Positions 19,938 through 28,575 of a stretch of DNA of 43,304 bases are shown here, piece by piece; the first letter of the stretch is position 1, and each line of letters begins with the position of its first letter. The stretch spans positions 1 through 43,304 of IMG/VR virus record IMGVR_UViG_3300049847_000423; one strand, given 5' to 3'. The notes beneath the pieces are model-generated. The model had not been told where the DNA came from. It made no database searches and saw nothing but the letters and a program-made list of their open reading frames with translations. The position numbers and the translations under genes were made by a program. The stretch is from a virus. Its lineage: Duplodnaviria; Caudoviricetes.

Positions 19938-20804
19938 ATGACAAAAGGAATAGTTATATACGCATTAGGACACGAAAATTATTATCGTATGGCCGAAAAT
20001 TTAGCTGCATCATTGATAGCTAACGGATCGGATGACAGTGGCATTAAAATATGCCTTATTTGTGATGATGAAAACAAGTTGGTGTATCCGCATTTGTTTG
20101 ATGATTTTGTAAAATTGGAAGCAGAAAAATTTACGGTTAATGGCAAAATAGTGTTCAATAATGCCACGGTGCTTGTATATGAAATTTCTCCTTATGATGT
20201 TAGCATAAAGCTGGATGCCGACATGATTTGGATTGAAGGTAGAAAAGTATCAGAACTATTTGCAGAATTGGATAAAACAGATATTACTTTCTCAAATCGT
20301 GGTTTTGGCTGGGATAAGCAGAATAGTGTTTGGGCTGAAGAAGAAGACATCAAAAAGGCTTACAAACTTAGTGGTGATGAAAAGCTGTACAAAATATTTG
20401 GTGAATTTCTATACTTCAAAAAAACCGCATCAAACAAAAAATATTTTGCTAAAGTAAATTCTGTTTACAAAAAGCCTAATGTGGTTTGTCGTGGTTTCGC
20501 CAACGGCACAATGACGGATGAACTGGCCATACAAATTGCCTGTATGTTAACAGGTGTTTACCCTCATCAGGATAATTACACACCAATATTCAACGGATTT
20601 TTAGGACTGCCAAATTTAAACAGGAAATATCCTTATGAGTTGGTTGGCTTTTATGGGTATAGCATTGGCGGCAACTATACGAACGATTTTGTAAAGTATA
20701 ATTACAACATACTGGCGAAGCACTACTTCGCAAAACTTGGCTTATCAAATCCCTATCAGGTGGTAGATAAGCGAACCTTTTTACCTGAAAGAAAAAGTTT
20801 ATAA
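19938..20804 (+). CDS. Putative GT-A fold glycosyltransferase
   Basis: GIVIYALG N-terminal strand, SPYDVSIKLDADM (DxD motif), DELAI. Confidence 0.7.
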   Translation: MTKGIVIYALGHENYYRMAENLAASLIANGSDDSGIKICLICDDENKLVYPHLFDDFVKLEAEKFTVNGKIVFNNATVLVYEISPYDVSIKLDADMIWIEGRKVSELFAELDKTDITFSNRGFGWDKQNSVWAEEEDIKKAYKLSGDEKLYKIFGEFLYFKKTASNKKYFAKVNSVYKKPNVVCRGFANGTMTDELAIQIACMLTGVYPHQDNYTPIFNGFLGLPNLNRKYPYELVGFYGYSIGGNYTNDFVKYNYNILAKHYFAKLGLSNPYQVVDKRTFLPERKSL

Positions 20805-20806
20805 CA

Positions 20807-22621
20807 ATGCCTAAAATTAGTAATGATAAGTTGCAAATGTACTTTACCAGTAATGGTATTTACTATCCGCTTTTTACTGAAAGTGTAAAATTGTATGATA
20901 GCCTTCGCATCCATGCAGATGGTGAGTTCCCTGGAACGATGATTAAAGAACGCCGACCAAGTGAAACGGAGGATATACTGGAGTACAGGCAAATAACCTA
21001 TAAGCCAATTACAAAACTGCCAATTAGCAAAGTGGTAACAAGTTTTAGTAAAATAAGGCGTAGCCCCGACTGGTGCATTGATTACCCTAAAACAAAGACC
21101 GCCAAAATTGTTGAGGATGAAACTTTGCAAAAGTATTGCTCTAATAATCTACCTGCTTATGGTAGCATAACCAACTGGTTATTTGGTTTGTTGTTAAAGC
21201 AAAATTTAATTGATGCCAATGCAGTGGTTGCGGTAATTCCTTTGGAAGCCATACAAGAAGATAGATACACTAAGCCGGTGCCCATTGTTTTCAACAGCAA
21301 TCAGGTTATTGAATTTAATGAGAAAGAAAAATTTGCAATACTTCATAGTAAGCGTAAAACGAGTTACATACTTGATGGAAATAACTATCAAACAGGTGAT
21401 ATTTTTTATTACATAGACGATAAGGAAATAATCATTTATGAGCAAGGCAAAGACGGATTTGTTGCAGCATTTCAGCAGCCTAACATTATCGGGCAATTTC
21501 CTCTGTTTAAGGTTAAAGCTGAAGCATACAAGCAGTACGATAACCTGAATTTGAGCCGTAGCCGTATTGATGCTATGGTTCCGTTCCTTGATGAAGCGGC
21601 TTGTGAGTACAGCGATTTAAAGGGCAGTAAAATACAACATTTGTACCCTTTGTTTTGGTACTATCAAAACAAGAATTGCAACGCTTGTGGCGGTGCTGGT
21701 AATAAACCAACCGACAACGGCCCTGTACAATGTACAAGTTGCGGTGGTAGCGGCAAGGTTAAATTTTCGCCATTTGCACATTTGCAAATAGACCCTGCCG
21801 AATTTGGCAAACAAGCTAATCCAATGCCACCTGCTGGGTATATTACAAGGGATACAGCCATATTAGAATTGCAAGAGAAAAGCGTTGAAAAGAACAATTA
21901 CAAGGCTCTTGCTGCTATTAATATGCAGTTCCTTGACCAAACGCCATTGAGCATTAGCGGAGATGCAAAACAGGTAGATAGAGAGGAATTGAATAACACC
22001 GTTTACAATTTCGCAGAAGATTTGGTGTATTCAGCAGATAAAGTAATTTATTTTATCAACGAGTGGAGGTATTTCTTTTTAGTGCCAGATGCAAAAAAAA
22101 GAATGGAAATGTTGCCCAACATTCCAGTTCCGCAAAACTTTGATTTGTTGCCCGAAGATTATTTGATGAAAGAGGTTACAGATGCAAGGTCGGCAAAAAT
22201 TAACCCTCTGTTGATTGCAACATTAGAGCAGCAGTTAGCGGCTAAAAAGTTTTACAATCAGCCAAATTTGGCAAACAATATTAAGCTGTATTTTGACTTA
22301 GACCCATTGCCTGGTGTATCTACCGATGAGAAGTTAAGTATGCTATCCAATAAAGGATGTACACTTACCGATTACATTATTAGTAACTACATGGCTTCGT
22401 TTATCAAAAGGGCTTTAAGGGATGATGAAAAGTTCGGCGAAAAAAATTACGATGAGCAAATGCAAGTATTAACAAAATATGCCGATGAAAAGATAAAAGC
22501 CAATGATGCAGCCTCTCAAATGGTGGATGCACAAAAACAGCAGGTTATAGCAGAGATGCAGCAACAGCAACAGCCGTCAGCACAGCAACAAAATACCAAA
22601 CCGAATAGTCAGGCGGCGTAG
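20807..22621 (+). CDS. Portal protein with an inserted DnaJ-type zinc finger
   Basis: 604 aa upstream of MuF, scaffold and capsid genes; CNACGGAG...CTSCGGSG; SGDAKQVD portal-like motif. Confidence 0.75.
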   Translation: MPKISNDKLQMYFTSNGIYYPLFTESVKLYDSLRIHADGEFPGTMIKERRPSETEDILEYRQITYKPITKLPISKVVTSFSKIRRSPDWCIDYPKTKTAKIVEDETLQKYCSNNLPAYGSITNWLFGLLLKQNLIDANAVVAVIPLEAIQEDRYTKPVPIVFNSNQVIEFNEKEKFAILHSKRKTSYILDGNNYQTGDIFYYIDDKEIIIYEQGKDGFVAAFQQPNIIGQFPLFKVKAEAYKQYDNLNLSRSRIDAMVPFLDEAACEYSDLKGSKIQHLYPLFWYYQNKNCNACGGAGNKPTDNGPVQCTSCGGSGKVKFSPFAHLQIDPAEFGKQANPMPPAGYITRDTAILELQEKSVEKNNYKALAAINMQFLDQTPLSISGDAKQVDREELNNTVYNFAEDLVYSADKVIYFINEWRYFFLVPDAKKRMEMLPNIPVPQNFDLLPEDYLMKEVTDARSAKINPLLIATLEQQLAAKKFYNQPNLANNIKLYFDLDPLPGVSTDEKLSMLSNKGCTLTDYIISNYMASFIKRALRDDEKFGEKNYDEQMQVLTKYADEKIKANDAASQMVDAQKQQVIAEMQQQQQPSAQQQNTKPNSQAA

Positions 22622-22709
22622 AAAATGATTTACCACACCCCTCACAGAGCGTTGGGCTATCATCCTGCATACCAAATTTATTAGCACATGATTTACAAAA
22701 TTCAGACAT
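22545..22709 (-). CDS. Small zinc-ribbon membrane protein (54 aa), antisense to the portal 3' end
   Basis: MSEFCKSC...LCEGC followed by hydrophobic VWYFVAVLTAVAVAASLL; TACTTTTA box 4 nt before the ATG. Confidence 0.6.
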   Translation of the reverse strand: MSEFCKSCANKFGMQDDSPTLCEGCGKSFSTPPDYSVWYFVAVLTAVAVAASLL

Positions 22710-22726
22710 AGAGTAAAAGTACAAAA

Positions 22727-24223
22727 TTGGAACAATCAATTAAAACCATATTATCCACTATTGACGATGCTATTGCACAGTTTCAGGATACTATACCTGG
22801 CATTCAAAAGCTGGTGTATGAGGAGTTGCAGCCTATTGTTAAAGAATTGCAGGTAAAGAATGGCAAGTTGCTTAATAATATTGAGAACCTAAAGTTGATT
22901 GGCACATTACAAAACAAGCTGGAGAAGATAATAATCAGTGCGGAATACAAAAAATCAGTTCAAAGTTTCATCGATAGTTTTACAACGGTTAGCAATTTAA
23001 ACAATGAATATTTTAGCCAGTTCAACAAAAAGTATAAACCAAAAAACACACTTCCAATCATTAAGCAATTGGCAGTTGAGAGTACTATAAATGATTTAGT
23101 TGGGCAGGGTTTAAGTAGTAACATCATTGCACCAATTCAAAAGATATTACAGCAAAATATTACCACAGGTGGCAGCTATGCCAAGTTTCAAGAACAACTA
23201 CAAAATCACATTTTACAAAATGAAACTGGAGAGGGGAATTTACAGCGATATACCAAGCAAATAACTACCGATGCAATTAACCAGTACAATGCCCAATATA
23301 GTGAAACAGTTGCACAGGATTTACAATTTAATTGGGGTAGATATGTTGGGAGCAATATCACTACCACAAGAGAGTTTTGTACACTATTGACTGAAAAGCA
23401 ATGGGTGCATAAATCAGAATTGCCCGAAATAATTAAGGGACATATAGATGGAACTGATTGCAAGTTGAGTAAAACAACAGGGCTACCACTTGGTATAATC
23501 CCTGATACAAATGCCGATAATTTCAAAGTACGCCGAGGTGGGTATAACTGCGGACATCAATTCTTTTGGGTGCCGGATAGTATAGTACCATTAGATATTA
23601 AAGCAATGTTTGAGAATAAAGGAAAATTCATCGTTACTACTGCGGATGTTAAAGAGCTGAATAATAGTTCTGTGTTTACATCTGCTTTTGCCGAGTTTGA
23701 AAGTGAAATGAAGTTATTTAAAACAACGGGGCAAACAAGTAGCATAGTTGATATTTCGGGTATAGTAAAAAATAACTTATCCCACGAAGAGGCTAAACTG
23801 ATATTTGCTTATACAACTCATGCACACGATGAAATTAATACTGAATTATACTTAGGCAATCCATCCCCTGCTATAAGTAAGTTTGAAGGTTTATTGAACG
23901 ATGTATTGGAGAAAATGCCCATCCATACAGGAACAGTATTAAGAGACTACACTCCAAGAATTCCAGTACAAGAATACTTAAAAGAATTTTCTGAATTAGT
24001 TGGAACTGAAAAATTAAAAGTTTTCAAAGGTTTCTTATCTACATCAAAAAATCCAAGACACGATTGGGGTTCTAAAGTTAAGTTTAACATTCAATCAAAA
24101 ACTGGTAGGCTTATAGAAAATATATCATCCCATGCACCAGAACAAGAAGTATTATTTCAAAGCATGAGTGCCTTTAAAGTAACTAAAGTGGATGGGAATA
24201 CAATTTACTTGGAAGAGTTTTGA
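22727..24223 (+). CDS. MuF/SPP1 gp7-like minor head protein fused to an ADP-ribosyltransferase toxin domain
   Basis: YVGS..TTREFC and GGYNCGH MuF motifs; C-terminal AYT, IN..L, VLR, FLSTS, EQEVLF (R-S-E clade ART). Confidence 0.85.
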   Translation: MEQSIKTILSTIDDAIAQFQDTIPGIQKLVYEELQPIVKELQVKNGKLLNNIENLKLIGTLQNKLEKIIISAEYKKSVQSFIDSFTTVSNLNNEYFSQFNKKYKPKNTLPIIKQLAVESTINDLVGQGLSSNIIAPIQKILQQNITTGGSYAKFQEQLQNHILQNETGEGNLQRYTKQITTDAINQYNAQYSETVAQDLQFNWGRYVGSNITTTREFCTLLTEKQWVHKSELPEIIKGHIDGTDCKLSKTTGLPLGIIPDTNADNFKVRRGGYNCGHQFFWVPDSIVPLDIKAMFENKGKFIVTTADVKELNNSSVFTSAFAEFESEMKLFKTTGQTSSIVDISGIVKNNLSHEEAKLIFAYTTHAHDEINTELYLGNPSPAISKFEGLLNDVLEKMPIHTGTVLRDYTPRIPVQEYLKEFSELVGTEKLKVFKGFLSTSKNPRHDWGSKVKFNIQSKTGRLIENISSHAPEQEVLFQSMSAFKVTKVDGNTIYLEEF

Positions 24224-24384
24224 CGGGCTTTCTTTTTTTCACGGAGAGCTTTTAGTTCAGCGACTGTTACAGTATCTCCATCACCAACACTTTGAAATTT
24301 GCTAATCATATTATCAATAGTTTCTTTTGGCATAGGTATTTCTTTGCCTTTTTTAGTATCAGTATTTATAACGCCATCTTTCAT
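24205..24384 (-). CDS. Small protein (59 aa), candidate immunity protein for the MuF-ART toxin
   Basis: Manual translation MKDGVINTDTKKGKEIPMPKETIDNM...; overlaps the toxin 3' end; TAATTTTG -7 box at 24389-24396. Confidence 0.55.
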   Translation of the reverse strand: MKDGVINTDTKKGKEIPMPKETIDNMISKFQSVGDGDTVTVAELKALREKKKARQNSSK

Positions 24385-24399
24385 AATGCAAAATTACAT

Positions 24400-24648
24400 T
24401 TATTTTAATTCCCCTGTATCGCTGTCAATTATATCATCAAAACCCAAAAGGCTGCCGTCATTTTCACGATGATAGATGCATCCAAAATACTCTTCAGTCC
24501 AAAAAGCCCCATCATCGCTTGTACAGGTTTTGCCATCAATGGCAATTTTCATTTCAACGCCAACATTGTTACAAATGCCAAAGTTATTGCCACTTATCCG
24601 TGTGGCAACTTTCGTCCAGCTTACGCAATTTTGGCAAAATTTACTCAT
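24400..24648 (-). CDS. Small Cys-rich putative metal-binding protein (82 aa)
   Basis: CQNC...GIC...FGCIYH pattern and an acidic tail. Confidence 0.65.
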   Translation of the reverse strand: MSKFCQNCVSWTKVATRISGNNFGICNNVGVEMKIAIDGKTCTSDDGAFWTEEYFGCIYHRENDGSLLGFDDIIDSDTGELK

Positions 24649-24650
24649 AG

Positions 24651-24803
24651 TTATTTTTTGATATAAGCCTCTTTCAGTAATCGTTCTACTGTTTTTTCCA
24701 AACTAACAATCCTGCCTTTCTCTTTCTTAAATTCGGCTTGTTTATCTATAATCAAATCTACTACTTTTTTGTCAATATTATCCGTATTTAACTTAATAGT
24801 CAT
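24651..24803 (-). CDS. Putative ribbon-helix-helix DNA-binding protein (50 aa)
   Basis: Manual translation MTIKLNTDNIDKKVVDLIIDKQAEFKKEKGRIVSLEKTVERLLKEAYIKK; strand-helix-helix pattern; TACCTTTG box at 24820-24827 (minus strand). Confidence 0.6.
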   Translation of the reverse strand: MTIKLNTDNIDKKVVDLIIDKQAEFKKEKGRIVSLEKTVERLLKEAYIKK

Positions 24804-24836
24804 TTAGTGCATTTTACCACAAAGGTACAACAATTT

Positions 24837-24877
24837 TACTCTAATTGATAAATATTTTATCTTTAAGAGTATTTTTA
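24837..24877 (+). promoter_or_regulatory. Third copy of the palindromic operator (late promoter 3)
   Basis: TACTCTAATTGATAAATATTTTATCTTTAAGAGTA matches the copies at 5343 and 8642; TATTTTTA -7-like box. Confidence 0.68.
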
Positions 24878-24887
24878 CAAAATAAAT

Positions 24888-24960
24888 CGTGGAGTAGAGC
24901 AGTCGGTAGCTCGGAAGTCTCATAAACTTCAGTTCGGCGGTTCGAGTCCGCCCTCCGCAA
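24888..24960 (+). tRNA. tRNA with CAT anticodon (Met, initiator-like)
   Basis: Cloverleaf: CGTGGAG/CTCCGCA acceptor, GAGC/GCTC D stem, GAAGT-CTCATAA-ACTTC anticodon arm, GGCGG-TTCGAGT-CCGCC T arm; no encoded CCA. Confidence 0.9.
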
Positions 24961-24974
24961 CAAAAAGCAGTATT

Positions 24975-25400
24975 ATGGAAAAAGTTTTAGTTATCAGAAA
25001 AACAGACAAAACCATTCACAAAGTTCCTTTGTCAAACAAAGCCAGCCTTATGGCTTACAATAACCTGCAACCCGAAGGAAAAAAATGGAAGTTTGAGGAA
25101 ATGGACGAAGACGAAGCTGCAAAATTGCCTTTCATTGATGAAAGCTATGTAACTGCTGCCGAAGCACAGGACAAGGCAAAAGAACTGGAAAATGTGGTTG
25201 GGGAGAAAGATGCAAGGATTGCGGAGTTGGAAGCATTATTGGCTGCAAAAAATGCACCACAAGAAAAGGCAGAACTGGTTATTGAAAAAATTAATGCTTG
25301 TAAAAATGCAGATGATGTAAATGCTTTGATTGTTGGCGAATCAAGAAAAACAGTTTTAGATGCTGCTGCTAAAAAAATTGCATCATTTGAAGTAAAATAA
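24975..25400 (+). CDS. Hypothetical head-module protein
   Basis: ORF; charged helical protein with a C-terminal ESRKTVLDAA motif. Confidence 0.65.
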   Translation: MEKVLVIRKTDKTIHKVPLSNKASLMAYNNLQPEGKKWKFEEMDEDEAAKLPFIDESYVTAAEAQDKAKELENVVGEKDARIAELEALLAAKNAPQEKAELVIEKINACKNADDVNALIVGESRKTVLDAAAKKIASFEVK

Positions 25401-25408
25401 TTTAACCT

Positions 25409-26272
25409 ATGGCAAAAATCGGCACATTATTAGAAAAACTTTTTAAGAAAGCAGGTATTGATACTTCTAATGAAGAATTAAAGCCACTATTTGAATTGGA
25501 TAATGAAGTAGCTGATGAAACTGTCGGTAAGGTTGATAAATCATTGTTGACTTTAGATGCCGCAAAAAGCAATAGCGAAGTCATTAAAGCCATAAAAGCA
25601 ACAACATTAAGCGGTGCAGATAGCAAGTTGGATGAATTGATTACTGAACTTGGATTGCAACCTAGTGAAGAGTTCACTACAAATAAGAACACCTATGAAA
25701 AAATAGCTTTAGTTACCAAACTTGCCCATGAAGCTGGTAAAAAAGCAAGTGGTGCAACTAACAAACAATCTGCTGATGATTTCACTAAAAAAGAAGCTGA
25801 ATACAATAGGCAATTAAAAGAACTAAAAGACAGCTTAGTTGCTAAAGAAAACGAATTTAAAACTGCAAGGGAAAACGATTTAACAACGTTTGAACTTAAA
25901 ACAATATTGTCAGGTAAAAATTACATATTTCCTGATGAAATGGATACCAATCTTAAACTTTCAACAGCTTTAGGTGCGGTTCAACAAGAACTTTCAAAAA
26001 ATGGACTAAGCGTTAAAAGGAATGCTGCTGGACAACTTGAAATAGTTGACAAAGACGGCAATCCAGCTTATAATCCAAAAGACAATGTGGCTTACGAGCC
26101 AAACACTTTCATAGATGGGGCATTAGCCCAAAACAAGTTGTTGAAAATTAATGATGCAAATCAACAACATTCCGCAGCATCAAACGGAACGCAAACCATT
26201 CCTTCTAACAACACACAAGGCAATAGTAGCATTGTGGCTGAAATAGAAGCACAGTTGGCAGAATTCAAATAA
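25409..26272 (+). CDS. Capsid scaffolding protein
   Basis: Charged coiled-coil protein directly upstream of the major capsid gene. Confidence 0.65.
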   Translation: MAKIGTLLEKLFKKAGIDTSNEELKPLFELDNEVADETVGKVDKSLLTLDAAKSNSEVIKAIKATTLSGADSKLDELITELGLQPSEEFTTNKNTYEKIALVTKLAHEAGKKASGATNKQSADDFTKKEAEYNRQLKELKDSLVAKENEFKTARENDLTTFELKTILSGKNYIFPDEMDTNLKLSTALGAVQQELSKNGLSVKRNAAGQLEIVDKDGNPAYNPKDNVAYEPNTFIDGALAQNKLLKINDANQQHSAASNGTQTIPSNNTQGNSSIVAEIEAQLAEFK

Positions 26273-26313
26273 GCGTTCAATACTTATTCTTTTACTTTTT
26301 AATTTCTAATACA

Positions 26314-27426
26314 ATGGGAAAAGGTTTAGCCAATGCCCTACTGATATCTTCTCGTGAAGCTTTCAGAGGTGCTACGCCAATTGATAAATTAACCACACCT
26401 GGCTTTTTACAATATTTGTTGGGCAACAATAAGCCCGATATTATCAGCCAAGGAAAAGATGATGGCAGCGGATATATCCGTGACGTTAAAATCAGATATC
26501 GCACTCGTGGAGTGCCGGGTAAATCTGTTACAGTTGATAACTGTACCGTTCAAGTAAAACCTGCTTACAAAGAGTTTACCGTACCTGCAACAAGCTACAG
26601 AGCTTTAGGTTTAGTTTTTGAAGACGACCAAATTGCCAAATTTGAAAAGGATGCTTTGGCACAAGTAAGTGCCGGAACACCGACAATGACTGGTATAATG
26701 AAAGACATTTACGAAGCCATCATTGAACAAGCTAATGGTTTATTTGCAGATATAAACAATGACTTGCTTGGACTACAAGTTGCCAATTTCGGTAAGAATG
26801 TAGTTACAGGTAGTAATGCAGCCAAAACAATAAATTTTGTTTTGAATGGCACAACAAACCCTCTTAATCAAGGTATGACAGAGGTTATGAGCGATGCTAT
26901 GCTAAACGAAATGCGTATTGCTAATGCAACAATTGTTGGTAGTGGTTTAATAAACAACTACTATATGCAACAAGTGGCTAAAAGTGCCGACCAAAGCGGT
27001 GTTAATACAAACCAATTAGCATTACCTAAATTTTACTTTGATCCTTACGCTCAAGGAGCTTGGGGTGCAAATAAATTCGGGTTGTTTGAAAAAGATGCAG
27101 TTCAGTTTGTAAATGTATGCCGTTTCCGTGGCCCTAAAGCAGGTCAAAAAGGTAGCGATTTCTTTATGACTTTGCGTTTACCTGTAATGGATAGCTTAGG
27201 ACAAGGTGCTATGGCTGCTTTTGAATTTGATGTACAGCTTACTTACCGCACATGCCCTGGCGATGTGATAATCGGCGGTGCTGCTCCTGTAGCATTGGGC
27301 AGAGGTTGGAATATCATTTTAAGCTGTGCATACCAAACTGTAAACATTCCGTTAGATAGCTACGAAGCTACTGACAGATTGTTTGGCAACAATGGTACTT
27401 ATTTGTACACCGCAACAAACGCATAA
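26314..27426 (+). CDS. Major capsid protein
   Basis: 370 aa; position after the scaffold; codon usage consistent with high expression; no diagnostic motif verified. Confidence 0.72.
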   Translation: MGKGLANALLISSREAFRGATPIDKLTTPGFLQYLLGNNKPDIISQGKDDGSGYIRDVKIRYRTRGVPGKSVTVDNCTVQVKPAYKEFTVPATSYRALGLVFEDDQIAKFEKDALAQVSAGTPTMTGIMKDIYEAIIEQANGLFADINNDLLGLQVANFGKNVVTGSNAAKTINFVLNGTTNPLNQGMTEVMSDAMLNEMRIANATIVGSGLINNYYMQQVAKSADQSGVNTNQLALPKFYFDPYAQGAWGANKFGLFEKDAVQFVNVCRFRGPKAGQKGSDFFMTLRLPVMDSLGQGAMAAFEFDVQLTYRTCPGDVIIGGAAPVALGRGWNIILSCAYQTVNIPLDSYEATDRLFGNNGTYLYTATNA

Positions 27427-27431
27427 TTGTT

Positions 27432-27953
27432 ATGCTTTGTTTAGCAAATAGAATTGGTATTAAAGGTTGTGGAGTTAGCTATGAAACTGCTCCACAGCTT
27501 TATATTAATTCTTTGCCCGGTGTTACTTTAGAAATGATTGATGTATTAGCTAATGATGAACAGGAAACGTTTATAGGTCTTTGGAATGATGTTGTTTTAC
27601 GAACAATGAAAAAGTTTGAAATATTGGTAAAAGCAAAACTTAACCAATGTTACAAATTAACAGATAAAACGGTTGTTGAATGCCTTATATGCGAAAAAAA
27701 GGAACTGTTTGATGTAGCTCTTTGGTATTTACATGGTGCCGAATTAATGATTGAACGAACAAGCTCAGATGAAATGAGCAGGTACACAACTATTGATTTG
27801 GAAAAAGCCGAAAATCTAAAAATAGAGTTCTACAGAGAGTTTGAACAGGCTTTAGATGATGCCATAAGTAGTATGCAGCCAAATGATAGTGATTGTTTAA
27901 AAGGATGCCTTGAATGCAATGATAGCGTAAAATGGGTAATGCAAACTCCTTAA
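27432..27953 (+). CDS. Putative head-tail adaptor
   Basis: Position after the capsid gene; helical. Confidence 0.5.
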   Translation: MLCLANRIGIKGCGVSYETAPQLYINSLPGVTLEMIDVLANDEQETFIGLWNDVVLRTMKKFEILVKAKLNQCYKLTDKTVVECLICEKKELFDVALWYLHGAELMIERTSSDEMSRYTTIDLEKAENLKIEFYREFEQALDDAISSMQPNDSDCLKGCLECNDSVKWVMQTP

Positions 27954-27954
27954 T

Positions 27955-28575
27955 ATGTTAAGTGTAAACACAAATATTGGTGTTGTTATAAAAGCGAAAT
28001 TGGAACAAATTCAGGCATTGAAAAACAATCCAGACCCAATTCTTAGAACTGTAGCAATGGCGATTTTGCCCGAAATGAAACGTAGGGTTCATGTTGATGG
28101 TAAAGACAGTAGTGGCAATCAAATTGGTAAGTATTCAAGTGGTTACATGGTTGTTAGAACTGGTAATTACCGAGACGCAGCAAAAAATGTAAAAGGTGAA
28201 AAAGTAGGACAGTTCAAAGAAAAAAAGAAAGCTGGCGAAGCAGGTAAATATGTGGACAGGATAAGGCTTTCAAATAAGGAGTACGGCACTTTTACAGGTT
28301 ATGTGAAAACAGGCACTAACCGACCTGTTTATAATCGTACAACCGACACAAAAGTTATCCTTTCGCTTACAAGGCAAATGGAAAACGATATGAATGTTGT
28401 GCCTTCAGGGAATGGATATGGGATAGTTTACTTGAATCCTGACAATTATAAAAAAGCTATTTGGTGCGAAGCAACTTATAACAAGAAGATACTCACCAAA
28501 CTAACAAAGGAAGAAATTGAATTAGCTAAACAAACAGCTATTGAGTTTTTACCTGAATACTTAAAAACAATTTAG
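27955..28575 (+). CDS. Putative neck/virion morphogenesis protein
   Basis: Basic protein; RVHVDGKDSSG..IGKYS and V.LSLTRQM patterns; position. Confidence 0.5.
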   Translation: MLSVNTNIGVVIKAKLEQIQALKNNPDPILRTVAMAILPEMKRRVHVDGKDSSGNQIGKYSSGYMVVRTGNYRDAAKNVKGEKVGQFKEKKKAGEAGKYVDRIRLSNKEYGTFTGYVKTGTNRPVYNRTTDTKVILSLTRQMENDMNVVPSGNGYGIVYLNPDNYKKAIWCEATYNKKILTKLTKEEIELAKQTAIEFLPEYLKTI

